DNA from: Phoronis australis
Taxonomy: Eukaryota > Animalia > Phoronida
NCBI GenBank assembly: GCA_002633005.1
Contig: NMRA01000306.1
Location: forward strand, 226,500-290,499
Direction: 5' to 3'
Length of the DNA: 64,000 nt
In this document: positions 43,401 to 58,400 of the stretch, one piece after another
Layout: each line of letters starts with the position of its first letter
How positions within the stretch are numbered: the stretch's first letter is position 1
Translations under genes and position numbers: made by a program
Notes under the pieces: generated by a model
What the model was told of the DNA's origin: nothing
Seen by the model: only the letters and a program-made list of their open reading frames with translations
Databases searched by the model: none

Positions 43401-46400
43401 GACCTTTAGCGAATATTTTTTTTGTTATATCCAGTTTAGGGAAAGCTCGCTTCAGTTACTAGGATCATGCTTCGAAGGCTTGGGGTCTCCATGAGACTGT
43501 TGAGGGATTTTAAACCGAAATCTGTTGTTGAAACACATGTGCCTGAGTTCCTAGGAAGTTCAAATGATTTATAACTCATCGACTTTCGCCAACCTTAGTC
43601 AAATTCACCGAAACACCAATTTCTTGCGGGATAATCTGTGATTGATCAACATTATGCCGTGCACTTTGTTCTTTGGGGGTCGGATGATTTGGATTCATGT
43701 GAATTTCGGTGTGCCTCTAAATTCAATGAGGCATTGTCAATGTAATTATAAAATAAGCCTTTAGTTGTCAAAAATCGTCTATGAATCTTCCGCTACATGT
43801 ATTTCAGAACATGGTCTTACGCCACTTTCTGTTTTTAACCACCAGACTTGAGCCAGAGCACATTCACTTGTATATAGGTCTTATGGGAAAGTCACTAAGC
43901 GACGTAATATGATTATGAAATGTGTAAAAAGCGCAGATGTGACTATTGCCAGAGGTCGAGGGTGTGTTGGATCGTGTTTCTTGGGTTAGTGGTTCGAGGG
44001 ATAGTGGGTCGAGGGGTTCGTGGGAGGTGGAGGGAGTGGATGGAGTTTTAGAACAATCTATCTCGTAAAGTCTTTTTCATCATTGACAATAATTCTTTTC
44101 AAGAAATGGCTGAATAGCGATCATGCAAGTATCGGCATCGATTCTTTCTATTCCTTCTAACATTTTGATCTCTCCGTGATATGCACAAGTCATTATTTTG
44201 AAGATTGTAGCTCAATTTTCTCGCATTTCTTTGCACAGAACACTTCTTCACTAATAAATCGCTTGTGAGTTCTCTCAGAGATTGCTATTCCCTGGGTTGT
44301 CCTCCTTGGATCGAATCAATCCCTCTACACGATCCCCGTTTTCATTCAAACATGCAGTCTTGGGTTTCCTACTGCCACTTTACGCGCACCTTTTCCTGGG
44401 AACTCCCTTGCCATTCTTCTTCCGCCCAATCTTTTCTCCTTGAAAGAGGTTTCAATGGTAAATTTATTATTTTTGCTCAAAGGCATCCTTAAAATCTAAT
44501 ATCGAACAGAAATAATTTGGATACTGATCTGACAATGAAAAACAATAGACCTGAAACCCAGGCAGGCATTTTTGACTGACAGGTGCCAGCACACCATGAA
44601 CACGGTGAGAGTCACAGTGATGCATTTTCATTCTGCTGTATTGAACTTCACAGTACTTTCGTACTGCTGAGAAATTACTTGTCAAATAGTGGCTCACTTT
44701 TTCGGGACACGTGATATACGTACTTTGAAAAACAGAAAACGAATGAATATTGATGGCATCACCGCTAAGTTCCAATTGATATCGAGTGAAATAGAAGTTT
44801 AGCAAAACGGGAAAAATTTCTGGTGACTTCACTATTACTTGCCAGAAGACGATACCTAAAAATCATGTATTGTACTCACTGAAAATTGGCACCTTGAAAA
44901 ATCTTAATGAATTTGCTTTAAAATATCTGTATAACAAATTTTCTCAGTTGCACCTTGTCGAAGTATTTATGATCAGCAGTACGTTTTCAAGTGCAGGTGA
45001 TCTGTACTGGTCCAGCATTGGTACTGTACTTGACAAATGACCTGTTAAATTTGTTCTGTGTTACATGTTTCGCTGTCAAAACATGATATATCGAGGTGCT
45101 GTAACTCTCAATTTCCTAAACAAGGACAACTCCATCTTGATTTCTGAAACCTATTAGGTAAAGTATGTCCTCCTGGATGGTCGTCCTCTGGAGGGCACCA
45201 ATGCTACCTGGTGGTGCATTCAGAATCTGAAAGTTTCATCCAAGCGGCAGAGGCTTGCGACAGACTGAACAGCTATGTGGTATATCTGAACGATGACGAC
45301 GAGAAAAACAATTTCCAGTCGTGGGCCACAGGGTGAGGAAAAGCACTTACACGGAAATACAAACATTTTACAGCATCCTGAATTACTTCGTAACTGTTGT
45401 TGTGTGGGTAAAATTGCACAAAGAGCTCACGGTGTGAAAAGCATGAAAACTAGCGAGAGACTGTCGATTCTCACAATATATGACAGGTTAGAAACGAGCG
45501 CGTATAAAATGCGACCATTGTATTGTTACATGTACCAAAGTGTCACATTATACTGACAGCTTGAAGAATGTGACCGTGTAGCATTACACAGGTGTACAAA
45601 AATTCCACGCTAATGTGGAAAGCATGCCACTTCGCCCGCTGTAAAAAAAATTCACTATGGTGTAGCTTTTCAGTTCTTCACAACATAAGCTTACCTAGCG
45701 TGACTAGTCTGTATGTTGCTCACAACCTAAATTAGTAGTCATTGAACATTTGCTTGCTTTACACAGGCTAACTGTCCGGTTTTTGAAAGAGAAATGATTT
45801 TGGGAAATGCACGTATTAATGAACTAAATTTACATGTTTTCTTCCTTTTATAATTCCCTTTTCGTATTGCCATAATCACCTATTTACTCTCTCATGCACT
45901 GCTGTTCCATGTGATTACTTTTACCCTGCATTATATTATTAAATACTTGCGGGCTCACTCTAAAATTTTCGGTTACAGCCAGACTATTCGGCCAAACTCT
46001 ACTCTCGACAACTTTTGGCTTACGGTTGACAACTCCACCGGCAACTACCCCTGGATATATACAATCGGCAACGTGTTTGGAAATATCACGACGACAGGCA
46101 ACCAATGCTCCAACTTGAAATGTCAAGACAGCACATGTGATCGAGAGGAGAGACCATGCAACAGCAGTCTTTATACTGTGTGTGAAAAGTTGATAGGTAA
46201 CTTGTATACCCCATTGCTAAAAATCATAGGCGTTGCAGTCCATCTCGCTATAATACTTACATGTACAACAAGATTGTGATTTCATCGTGGTTTAATTTAC
46301 TTGAAGTGACGACTGAAAGCACATCTGAGTGATGTATTGGTAATAGATGAAATTGCCATCAAAAAAGAGTAGGCCCCTAAATTTAGCCCCTTCTCCACTT

Positions 46401-49400
46401 TTTTGAGATGAAGTTTGCTTCGTGGTTATGAAATTTTTTGTATTTCAGGATCTAACGCTAGTCCAGACGTGATTCATTTGACTGATCTTCCCACAAGTGC
46501 ATTGACAGCCAGTTCATCGTGGGACCATAATCATGGACCACACTTAATGGTATTCACCAGCGCCTCCGCTTGGAGTTCACGGGTTAATAATGATCTGAAT
46601 ACGTACGTTCAAGTAGATTTCGGCCAACTTGTGTGGACTGGAAAAACAAGTACAAAGGTATAATCATACGCATTTATGAATTACTGTAGGTCGAGGCCCA
46701 TTTTAGTCTAAACCCGTTTTGTCAATCACCAATGAATAAACCTGCAAATGTTGCCTCAGTGGGGTGTCTGTGTTGGCAAGTTTTACCAAAACGTACGCGT
46801 CCTGCATGCTTCTGTGCTAAGATAAACGTTTTTGAAAGAGTAAAACTGCACCATGGGTGTCCTTGCTTGAATGCTTCAATTCTTATTTGCACATGTCTAG
46901 GCCAAGGAATCTTAAATATAAATAAAACATTGAGTATAACTTTAAAAAAGGGTAATTTTTACGTCCAATTTAGCGGCGTTATCAAGATTGTTTTTATGCG
47001 CCCACATATTTATATGTGGACGCATTATGCCGTCATCTCCGTCCGTCCGTCCGTCCGTCCGCCCGTCTGTCCGGCGTCCGGCGTCCGCTGCTCTATCTCC
47101 AAAACCCTTTGACATATGTTCATGAAATTTGGCACGTATGTTCCATTCATGAATGGGACGGCATGTGCGAACTTTCGGACGCATCCGACTACCGGTGTGC
47201 CCCCTAGGGGCAATTTTAGTTTTTTACGCTTACCTTTGTATCTAAGTCCTGAACGGATTTTCATGAAATTTGGTATGTAGGCACTTATTAGTGAGGTGAC
47301 GCTACCCTCCCGTTTTCAGATGAATTGGACATAGTTTGCGCCACATGGTTGCCATTTTTAGTGTTTTTGTGCGTCAACCCCTCTATCAACCAAACCGCTC
47401 AAAGATGATTGTGAAAATTGGCATGTGTATGCTTACTATGTAGAGGACGGTTGACGATGATTTTCCGACGATTTCGACTACTGTGGCGCCTCCTAGTGGC
47501 AGTTTTGTTTTTTTTTTCGCCTATGGCTGTATCTCCTAAACCGTTCGTAGAATTTTTACGAAATTGTGTAAGTATATTTATATGATGTTAACAACAGAGC
47601 ATGACGACTTTTGGACGGATCCGACTACCGGTGTGCCCTCTAGTGGCAATTTTAGTTTTTTACGCTTACCTTTGTATCTTCAAAAGTCCTGTACGGATTT
47701 TCATGAAATTTGGTATGTAAGCACGTATTAGTGAGATGACGCTATCCTCCTGTTTCCAGATGGATTCGACATAATTTGCGCCACCTAGTGGCCATTTTTA
47801 CTGTTTTCGAGTCTGTATTTTTGCGTCCACCCCTCTATCAACCAAACCGCTCAAAGGATGGTTGTGAAAATTGGCATGTATGTGCTTTCTATAAAGAAGA
47901 CAGCTGACAATGATTTTCAGACGATTTGGATTACTGTGGCGCCTCCTAGTGGCAGTTTTTTTTTNNNNNNNNNNNNNNNNNNNNNNNNNNNNNNNNNNNN
48001 NNNNNNNNNNNNNNNNNNNNNNNNNNNNNNNNNNNNNNNNNNNNNNNNNNNNNNNNNNNNNNNNNNNNNNNNNNNNNNNNNNNNNNNNNNNNNNNNNNNN
48101 NNNNNNNNNNNNNNNNNNNNNNNNNNNNNNNNNNNNNNNNNNNNNNNNNNNNNNNNNNNNNNNNNNNNNNNNNNNNNNNNNNNNNNNNNNNNNNNNNNNN
48201 NNNNNNNNNNNNNNNNNNNNNNNNNNNNNNNNNNNNNNNNNNNNNNNNNNNNNNNNNNNNNNNNNNNNNNNNNNNNNNNNNNNNNNNNNNNNNNNNNNNN
48301 NNNNNNNNNNNNNNNGCCCATGGCTGTATCTCCCAAACCGTTTGCAGGATCTTTACTAAATTTAACAAGTGTATTTATGTGATGTTGACAACGGACGATG
48401 ACGACTTTAGGATGATTCTGACTACCGGTATGCCTCTAGTGGCAATTTAAATATTTCACATTGACCTCTGTATTTTCATAGGTCTTCAAGTGTATACTTT
48501 GTGTTACTTCGTGACTATGAAGGAAAAGTTCCAAGTAGAAATTTGTTTGTGGCATTCTAATGCTGTGCTAATCTCGTATGTTGGTAAATTTGTTTTTAAT
48601 TCTATGTTTCTGTGGTGCTTTAAGCAACTGATGCATAGGATGTGCTTATATTATGAAGATCACTCACATTTTGAAACCTAGCCTATTGAGGAGACAATGA
48701 CCATGCCTTTCCATTTTGCAAAGTACAACATACTACATACTACATATATGCCCTCTACTGGCCACTTTATGGTACCAATAAACAGCCCTAGAAGGATACC
48801 GTATACGGTGCAATTGTGGGCGCATTTCAACGCTCTGCGTTGCTCTTGTTAGTTGAAGGAGTGCAGTTCCCGCCTTGAGAGAGACTGTCGGTTTGCGTCT
48901 TCCTTTATTTAACTGAGAGCCAATGGAAGATTCGAAATTTACTAGGTGGCGCTAAAAGTAAAAAAGCAATTGCCCTCACTTAGTTGTTTGGGATGCGCTC
49001 TGTCGCTCCCGAGAGTTTCTTTTGGGAGTTCGAAAAGGCTGAAGGGAATTTGGCAGTTTTCATCGACGCTTCAATGTTCTGGATTTAACTTGGTGTGACT
49101 AAATATGAACACCCTCGAAAAGCCAATGGTCTACGCGAACAATTAACAACGTTTGAAAGTTGTTCACGAGGGGGGGGGGGNNNNNNNNNNNNNNNNNNNN
49201 CTTTCTTATAAGTATACGTCTTCCACCCTCTTCAACACCTCGCAGTTCTCTTTTCTATATCCCCGTATTTTTAATTTTAGGGACGAAAAAATGCAGACCA
49301 GTGGATCAAGAAGATGACAATTCGCACGTCTACTGATGGAATTAATTACGAATGTGTTAAAGAATACTCGGGTGATTCGTGTACAGAGGTAAATTAAGAG

Positions 49401-52400
49401 ATTTTGTGTCGCCAGGTTACAGTTTGTGCAGCAGACCTCGTGAAAGAAAAATAGTTTATATAAACGAACATAGAGTACAGCACAGTTGCGTGTATTGGTT
49501 GTTGATGAGCTATGTCCTCCAAAGCGGTCAGCTTTTCCAAACTCTCAATATTGCCATTGCGTGTTTCGGATTGGCTCTATATGACTTGAAAGAAACTGCT
49601 GAGCAAAGTTAAAACTCATGTGTACCCGTAGGTAGTTTACATACCCTTCACGTTACTGGTAAATTTCAGCACAAATTTTCGCTTCATGACAATTGCCTTT
49701 TTTCAAAACGAATAATGCACACAGTTGATGTTAGCTTCAGTTTTAGAACGAGACAGCCAACAGAACCCACAAACTCGTTTTACTTTTGTCAGTTCGTTAT
49801 GCACAGACTAGCTTGACTATTATGTGCGAATCGGCATTCTTAATCTTTGTAAAGTGCTGCGCTTTCGAGTTTTCGTCCACCAGGTTTGATAAGGTATGGT
49901 GCATGCAAAAATGGACCAGTTTTATGACATACTTTCTGTCTCATCTCACCCACAAGATACTAGCCTAATACTCTAATTTGCCAATCGTATACCTATGTCG
50001 CACCGTATATAGGGGTTGAGCGGAAGGCGCCCTTGGTATATAAAAACTGATTTGGTCGCATATACCTACGTTTGCAGTTGATATCAGGACTATATGTAAC
50101 CATGCAATGTCATCTAGCTTTTTTCTCTGACCATCTAATGTTAACAGTTTATAGGCAACACCAATCGAGACACAGCTGTGTATCAAATCTTTGCACCACG
50201 CGCGCTGCAGTATTTGAGAGTATATCCCATAACCTACCAGTGGCACAAGTCGATGAGATTAGAGGTTTACGCTTATCAATTGGATACAGGTAATTGTTTT
50301 ACATTGAACTGAGATCGTTTATAACGACACCTTAGTAACCACTCGTTTGTCAAGCAATGGTTGTGTTTTGTTTGTTTGTGCACAATGATTTCATGCCAAC
50401 ATTTCGTAGTCTTCAGGTTCTGGATAGCTGCGAGAGAGCGCCCCCCTCCGGCAGTTGAGGGTCGGTAAGCAGCACTAGCTTTGTTTTTGGATTGGTAAGG
50501 ATTGGTGACATCTAACAACAATCGGTCATAAAATTTTAGTGATGAAGTGTTTGGAGAAGGGCGAATTAGTGACGCCAATCCTATTGCTCACGAGTGTCCA
50601 ACCTAATTTAAAATAACTCGCTAAGTGAATGAACGTGCAGTGCTGGATATTCACGGCAACGACAATGGAAGTTATTTTCTGAGGTTGCCGTCAAGTGGCA
50701 GATGCAACCTTATTTCTGTGGCATTAAAAGTGTTATCTAATATTTATGTAGCACATTGCCGCTTTCGACGTGCTTTTATCGTTTAAGTTTTCTCCTCAGT
50801 GGACAAACTTGTGTTTGAAGGTCTGCATCTAATACATTAGTGTCGACTTTGTTTTATTGTCTGTCAGTTGCTTTGTGCACGGAACCCTGTCATAAGTTTT
50901 ATTTAGTCGACTTAAACAATACGAACTCTCGATTGTTTGTATCGCATCCTTTTATATTTTAAACAGATGACCAATGAGTATATGTGTTGCTCATTTAGCT
51001 GACGAGTGCCCAACTACTGTCTTTTTTATTAGGTGTGGAGGAGCCGGAGCTTCCACCTTTGACTGCTCTTGACACATCGAGTCTTCCGGATGCTGCCTTC
51101 ACTACCAGCAGCCAGAATAGCGCCTGGTATTATTATCCGAAATACGGCGCGTTCGGCAGTCCCTACGCTTGGTGTAGCAAGGACAACAACGATGCCGATG
51201 ACTTCTTGGAAATTGACCTCGGTGAAGTGACGGTGATAGGGAAAACTGCCTCGAAGGTATATACTGGCTTCTTGAAACGAACGAAAATCTTTAAAAATTA
51301 CTGGTGAAACTGCGTTTTTTCTGGATTGGAAAATAATTCGATATGAACATTCTATGAAACGAAATGTATAGACGTTCCGAGGTTCTATGGTTGTCTGCCT
51401 GCTTCAGTAACATGTTTACCTTGTCAGCCTACCGATCGACACATGATCCCACATCCCCTTTTGTTCAACAGAAAACTTCTGAAATAAGAAGGGAGGAGAC
51501 CTACTCATTGTGCATTTATTCTAAAAGACAAGACCCTGTGAAAAGAATTGCCCGTGCACAAGCCTGTTAGCAATGTGTACTGATTACCTGCTTCTCTGCC
51601 TTCGAAGTACCCACGTTATACCCATGCAGGAAAAGAATTGATAAATTTATGTAGTAATAAACTCAGCGCTTGAAAATATTAATCTCGACCGTCATTTGAC
51701 ACAATGGCATGCTACATGTTAAATTTCTCACTTAAAAGTTTACATTGATTCACTGCTATTTGGGTGGCGAGTTATCAAATCAAACGAAGGTCCAACTATG
51801 AACCATATCTTTCCATTTTTTGTCCATCCTCCGAAGTTTTTATTCGATTTTCACAGTTGTAGGCCCGTCCTTCCCAATATTGTATCCGTTCTTTTCACTC
51901 AAAGTGCGTGCTTCCCATTTGTCAAGCCTGTATATATTACTTTTGACACTGAAATCCCAAACAAGTCGTTTCTGTGCGCCCACATATTTATATGTGGTCA
52001 TCTCTGTCTGGGCGTCCGGGCTCCCAACGTTCATCGTCCGACGTCGTTCATCGTCCGGCGTCCGCAGCTGTATATCCTTAAACCCTCTCAGGAACTTGAT
52101 AAAATTTGGCATATGTGTTTCTATGAAGCTGACGACGAACGACGACGAATTTCGGACCTCTCCGACTACCGATCTGCCCCCTAGTGGCAATTTTAGTTTT
52201 TTACGCTTACCTCTGTATCTTCGGAGGTACTCAACGGATTTTATAAAATTTGGCAGTTAGGCATCTATTAGTGAGATGATGCCATCCTCCTGTTTTGGGA
52301 CGGATTCGAGGTACTTTGCACCACGTAGTGGCCATTTTTACTGTTTTTGAGTCTGTCTTTTGGCGTCCGCCGTTCTATCAACCAAACCGCTCTAGGGATG

Positions 52401-55400
52401 GTTTTGAAAATTGGCGTATATGTTCTTACTGTGAAGAGGGCAACTGCCGATGATTTTCCGACGACTTCGACAACTGTGGGGCCTCCTAGTGGCAGGTTTG
52501 TTTGTTTTTGCGCCCATGGCTGTATCTCCTAAACTCTTCACAGAATATTAATGAGATTTGACGGATGTGTTTCCATGAAGCTGATGACGGATGGCAACGA
52601 ATTTCGGACCTCCTACTACTGGTGTGCCCCCTAGTGGCAATTTTAATTTTTTTTACGCTTACATCTGTAGATTTGAAGGTCCTCAACGGATTTTCATAAA
52701 GTTTGGCAGTTAGACATCAATTGGTGAGATGATGCCATCCTCTTGTTTTCGGATGAATTCGGAGTACTTTGCGCCTCGTAGTGGCCATTTTTACTGTTTT
52801 CGAGTCTGTTTTTTGGCATCCGCCGTTCTATCAAGCAAACCGCTCTAGGGATCATTTTGAAAATTGGCATACATGTATGTTTTTACTGTGAAGAGGGTGG
52901 CTGGCGATGATTTTCCGATGACATGGACTACTATGGCGCCTCCTAGTGGACGTTTTGTTTGTTTTTGCGCCCATAACTGTATCTCTTAAGTGCTCTACAG
53001 GATTTTGTTGAATTTTGCTGGTTTATTCATATGAAGTTGACAACAAAGGATGACGACTTTCGGACGGATCGGGCTACCGGTATGCCCCCTTTGGCAATTT
53101 TAGTTTTTTTACGTTTACCACTGTATCTTAAAAGGCTGTCAATGGATTTTCATAAAATTTGGCTGTTAGGCATCTATTAGCGGGTGACGCTATTATGCGG
53201 TTTTCGGTAAAATTCGAGGCATTTTGCACAACCTTGTGGTCATTTTTACTGTTTTGGAGTCTTGCTATTTGGCGTCTGCTCCTCTGTCAACCAAACCACT
53301 CTAAGGATGGTTTTAGAAATTATAATTTGTGTTCCTAATGTGAAGAGGAAGTCTGACGATGATTTTTGACGACTTTATCTACTTTGGCGCCTCTTAGTGG
53401 CAGTTATGTTTTTTGCACTTCTAGCCATTTATTTGCCATTTTTATGTTCCAAATAAACACCCCTAGAAGCACATTGTTCGCGGCGCATTTCAACGCTCCG
53501 CGTTGCTCTTGTTAACCTAGTAATTATGCGCTCATCGACAATACCTTGTTGTAAAAATGATGAAGTGTACTGTTTTATAAATTTGAAATTGGTTTATAAT
53601 CTTATTATCAAATTTCCAAATCGCGTGCGAAAGTTGTTACTTGATCTCACCGGAAGAGCCCCCTGTTAGTGGTTGACTAAATCACTGCGTTCTTTGATAA
53701 TATATCAATCGAAATAAGTTCTTCTGAACCTCGTCGCTTTTACGTTTGCTTCGTCTTTATCCGATCATTGTCCGAATCTTCCAATAACGATAGTTGTTTC
53801 ACCCACTTAGGAAATGTGTGAATTGCCCCACGCGGCCTCAAAACCATTGTCCAATTTGGAGGACCTACATGTACAAGTACAAGTGTTTTTTTCTTTTTCC
53901 GCTTCCAGTTTTAATAGGCCAACTGACCCGAGTAAAGCAATCATATTCCGTCAACGGAATTATTTTTAAATCAATTACTGTGGGTGCGCTCATAAAATTT
54001 TCCCCGTTCCAAATACAGGTTTATACAAAATTTTCTCACTCACATTGTTTGAATCGTTCGGCCCCTCGTGTTGTGAGCTACAGTGAGCTGACTCAATCAT
54101 GGGTAAATTATGCAGCTAAATCTCATTTAGTTTCGGCGTATCAGTGGCGTAAAAATAATAGACGAGTAAAGTAGTTTTTTTATGTAAATGTTATGTATGG
54201 TTATTTTTGTTCAGTTTCAATTATTGCAATTGTCTTAATGGTTTACATTTGGCTCTTTCACAAGCGGTAACTAGTTAGCGCACGAGAGTTTAGATAGTTG
54301 ATTGTCACAAATTCTGTATGTCACTTGTTGATTTGTAAGAAATTAGAATTAAAAAAAACGAGTAATCATATGTGTTCCATACTTTGTCAGGGCGATGGAC
54401 GAGGAAGCCGATGGGTTAAGACAATGGAAATTTATACTTCTGTGGACGGAAGGAACTTTTCTTGTTTAAAAGACGTTGGATCAAGCTCTTGCAAAAAGGT
54501 GATCTCTTAATTTTATTTTTATGCAGCTATTTGCAGTCAACATGTATTGTTCGTCTGTTTCAAATAAGTTCGAGAGGCTGCAAATATTTTGTAACACTAG
54601 CCTTTTATTTAGTCCGTGTACAACCATTAGCATAATCTACGACATGCATGTGGATACGTTTTAAGTTTTGTTAATGGAGAATGCCACCCCAAAACAACCT
54701 ATTTTGTATTTCTACTCGATAAGGGCAGGTTCGGTTGCGTTACCTGACACCTGAAGGCAGACGGAGGTGTTGAAATTATCCAATGACGTATTGGTTTCAC
54801 AAGCTGGCTGTTCAACAGTTCACAACACCGGTTAGTGGTGTCATCTTATCGCTTGAATTCATCGTTTAACACCAATAAATCATCAAACTTAGATGTAAAA
54901 CCCTTAAAAATACACCGAGCTCTTATAAAAACGTGTTTTTTATATTTCGCTGTTTGATTTACTGGTATTTGGACAACCGTGGCCTACAAAGTTCGGCAGT
55001 CCAATTTACCAAGGTCCGTAGCAGGAGTTTGGGGTCTGTTCGGATATAAATTCGAAGTATTCTTTCGTGAAATACAGACAGGAGAACCTAGATCTGTGTT
55101 GTTTATACTTGTGATTTTTTTAGTTGTAAAGACACAAAACGCTTGTTATCCCGGCCAGTGGCTCGGAACCCGATCAGGCCCGTCGCGGCCGCCGGGACTG
55201 GCACGAGCATAACCCAGCTTGAATTGGAAACTAAACCTCCAGTTACAAAAAAGACTATAATATTGAGCCAAAAAAATAATATGCACGTAATTATTTATGT
55301 GATTTAGCCAGGAAACTGAAAATGTACTTACTTGTTGGGGGCCGCGAAGACGGGTTCCCCTTCCAGAGACCGTCAGGGCAAAGGTGGTACAGTAACAATA

Positions 55401-58400
55401 TTTTGAATAATGCATTTCAAAGATTCCCCTAACATGTGACAATAGCATATAAAATCGAGTTATTGTTTCACTACAGCTTTCTGTCACCAAACACTGAATT
55501 AGCATGCGCTCACACGGCCTCGGTGCCCGGTCATTTACCTTTGTTACCGGCATAAAAAGCCAGTAACGCAGTGGTTTATTCATTGCTGGCTTCTCAAAAC
55601 ATTTGCACTCACGAGCACTCCAAGGCATTACAAATTGTATCTAATGAGGCAGACTTTGTTTCAGTTTCGGTTAGGATCATTTTAGGATAAGAATAATTCA
55701 TTTTGAAACAGAACGCAGAATAATAAACGTGTCTACATGGCATTTACTCGCCTGGCGCCAATCCCGACTTAGTCCGACGAATACTTCCCGGGTCGGATCG
55801 TTAGGCTTCACAGGCTCTCAGTTCGAGCCGGAATACACTGATCAAAAAATTCTAGAGAGGCGCCGTGAACATGCACAGGCAACGGGACGTGTGGATATTT
55901 CTTTGGTAAGCCAGAATTCGTCAGAGAAATCACTGTCGACGAAATGACGGCCACAGACATGGAGATGTTTCGCGGCCTCATACTTGCTATTAACAGCATA
56001 CCTTTCATTCTTTACTACCGCTAGCCACTTCCTAAGCATTTCGTGCTCTCGAGGAAGTCGATAAAATGATATACTCGCTTTGTTCGCAGCTCCATAGTTC
56101 GTACAAGCGGGAACCATGCACTGCAATATGGCGGCATTCACTCTGCAGACGAACCACTGATGTCGCTGCGTCGTTTCTCACCGTATAAGAGGCGATGAGG
56201 ATATAGACCGATTAAGACGGTAAAAAAGACTAATTAAATAGGGTGCATTCTCCTTCAACGTTTCTGAATTGATAGATTCTACAATATTATTCTCTGTTCA
56301 ACATTTTCCCAACTTCTAATTTATTCCAGTTTTCCGGTAATGCTAACCACAACAGTCCGGTTGAGCAGCTGTTTCCGACTGTCGAGCACGTTAGGTACAT
56401 ACGAATCAGGCCTATCGACGTTCAGTCGTTGAAGTGTGTCAGGATTGAAGTTTATAAATATGCTAAAGGTAAGTTAACTTTTCGTCGTAATGTTCACCCC
56501 ACCACCTTGTTCACTGAGCACCACTGATTTTGTGGGTCCATCACTTGACAACTTCCTCTGTGGTAATAACTATCTTTCCCAAATCTGCTATAGATTTGTC
56601 TTGTGTCAGAATCATGAATTTAGTCTACTTGATCTCGACTATTTCCTTACTCAGGCTGGAAGTGGTTTCTGAGGTCTGTTTCAAGAAAAGTGACTTAGGA
56701 CTTAAGACTCGAATTTGGCCTTACACTTTACACAACAATTTCTGAAAATTAATTTTGAGCACCCAAGAAAATGTGTAAATGTGTGAACTCTCCGAGAAGA
56801 TACCTAGAACTGCTGGTTACTGAGACAATTTCTGTAATTTATTTCTCGACAGTGATGCGCTCATAATTACTTGGCTAAATAATTTCTCAACAATTGTAAA
56901 GCGGGAGCATAAGACCACAATTCGTTGTTAAGTCTTACGCCACTGTCAACAAACGGGTCCCCGATCTTTCCCAATAGTTCGTTGTGGCTCAAGTGATGCT
57001 TGGTGAATAGTACTGACCACCTGGACAAGCCAGGTTAACTTTGACTCTGATGTCAAACCTTGAAGATCAGGCAATGCTTGTGAAGCCCTGGAATCACTTT
57101 TTGTCTGAGTAAGGGACACTTTGAGACCAGTTTCAACAGTAATTGGTTATTGACCGAATGGTGAATTAACAACTTCCTTATGTTGACTATCGATGCTTTA
57201 ATCAAACGTCAATGTATCACTTTTACAACAAAGATTTTGCGTCTGTGGCCCTCCGATTTTAAGATTGTCTAACTGTAAGTAATACACGCTGTTGTATCTC
57301 TGAAATTGTATAATACACCTGATATATTTTCATTTATCTCTCATTTAAGTTTCTATAATACATCCATTATCCCAGAAATTATGCTTGATATAATTTAGCT
57401 GAGGCTTGCTAATGCCGCGACATCCCCTCGGTGCGTTGTTTAAAGCAGCCTGTGTAACTACAACATGCATGTTTCATTTTAATTTTCCAAGATCATACAT
57501 TCTTAACCTACGGTGGTTGGTCGACTTGGGGAGAGTGGTCATCGTGCTATTGTAGTGACCTACAGAGTGGCAGGAGACGTGAACGTCAGTGCATCAACCC
57601 ACCGCCTCAGCAAGGAAGACTCTGTCTCGGGGTTTCATTTGAAACTACTGAGTGTAAAGGTTTGTTTCCGTTTCCACATTCCTTGAAATAGAGTTGGATT
57701 TTGCAGAAAGCTTTCCTGTTAATGTCGAGGTTTTTCGTCCATTCACCCATCTCTTGATTAAAAGTCAGGAATCTTATAGCGAGGTTTCTCGATTCGGTGT
57801 AGCATGTAGCCGATTGGGGAGACCACTTTATAGAACCGTAACACATGAACAGAGAGATAAAGGAATGAACAAATAGTCTCAGGATTACCAGTTATGGAGC
57901 AGGCGAGTTTGAGTTTGTACGTTCGATGTGATATTAATTGTTTCAAGTTGGATAAGGACCGCCTTACACAATTCGGCTAGTGGCATGTTTTTATAAGCTT
58001 TTGGTAAGTTGAAAAATTATCCAAGAGCAAAGTAAGCCAACGTTTCATCAGCTATTTCCCCATAGGCGGATTTACGGGGGGAGGGCAGGGGGCCCGGTCG
58101 CCCCCTTGGCTGCCGCAAAAAAGTAAAACAGCAAGAGCGTAGGGAAATGTTGAGTTTATTAATTAACCCAGGTAATTAAAATTATACGAGAGAAACAAGA
58201 TTTAAATGTGTGCAGTTTTAGTNGGTTTGTCCCCCTCCCGACCTCCCCTCATTCGGTGCTATGCACATCTACAATCGTGATTGGCGCAGATGCTTACAGA
58301 AAAAAATGTTGCCCCCCTTGTGATATCCTAGATCCGCCACTGTTCCCTAATCATGTGTTTAAAATTAGCCTAATTATCTCGTCACGCCAACATGCACTCA

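Noticed and set aside
46732-47264. Overlapping ORFs with RPSV/DGRT repeats (also 51798-52260)
   Set aside because: Translations of the (GTCC)n-type microsatellite and core of the HINE-like element.
47858-48382. Long ORFs containing X runs
   Set aside because: Artefacts of the N gap inside the HINE-like repeat.
55842-56141. THAP ORF as a domesticated nested host gene
   Set aside because: GTG start, lies within a TIR element, and the paralogous copy is frameshifted; best seen as a transposase remnant.
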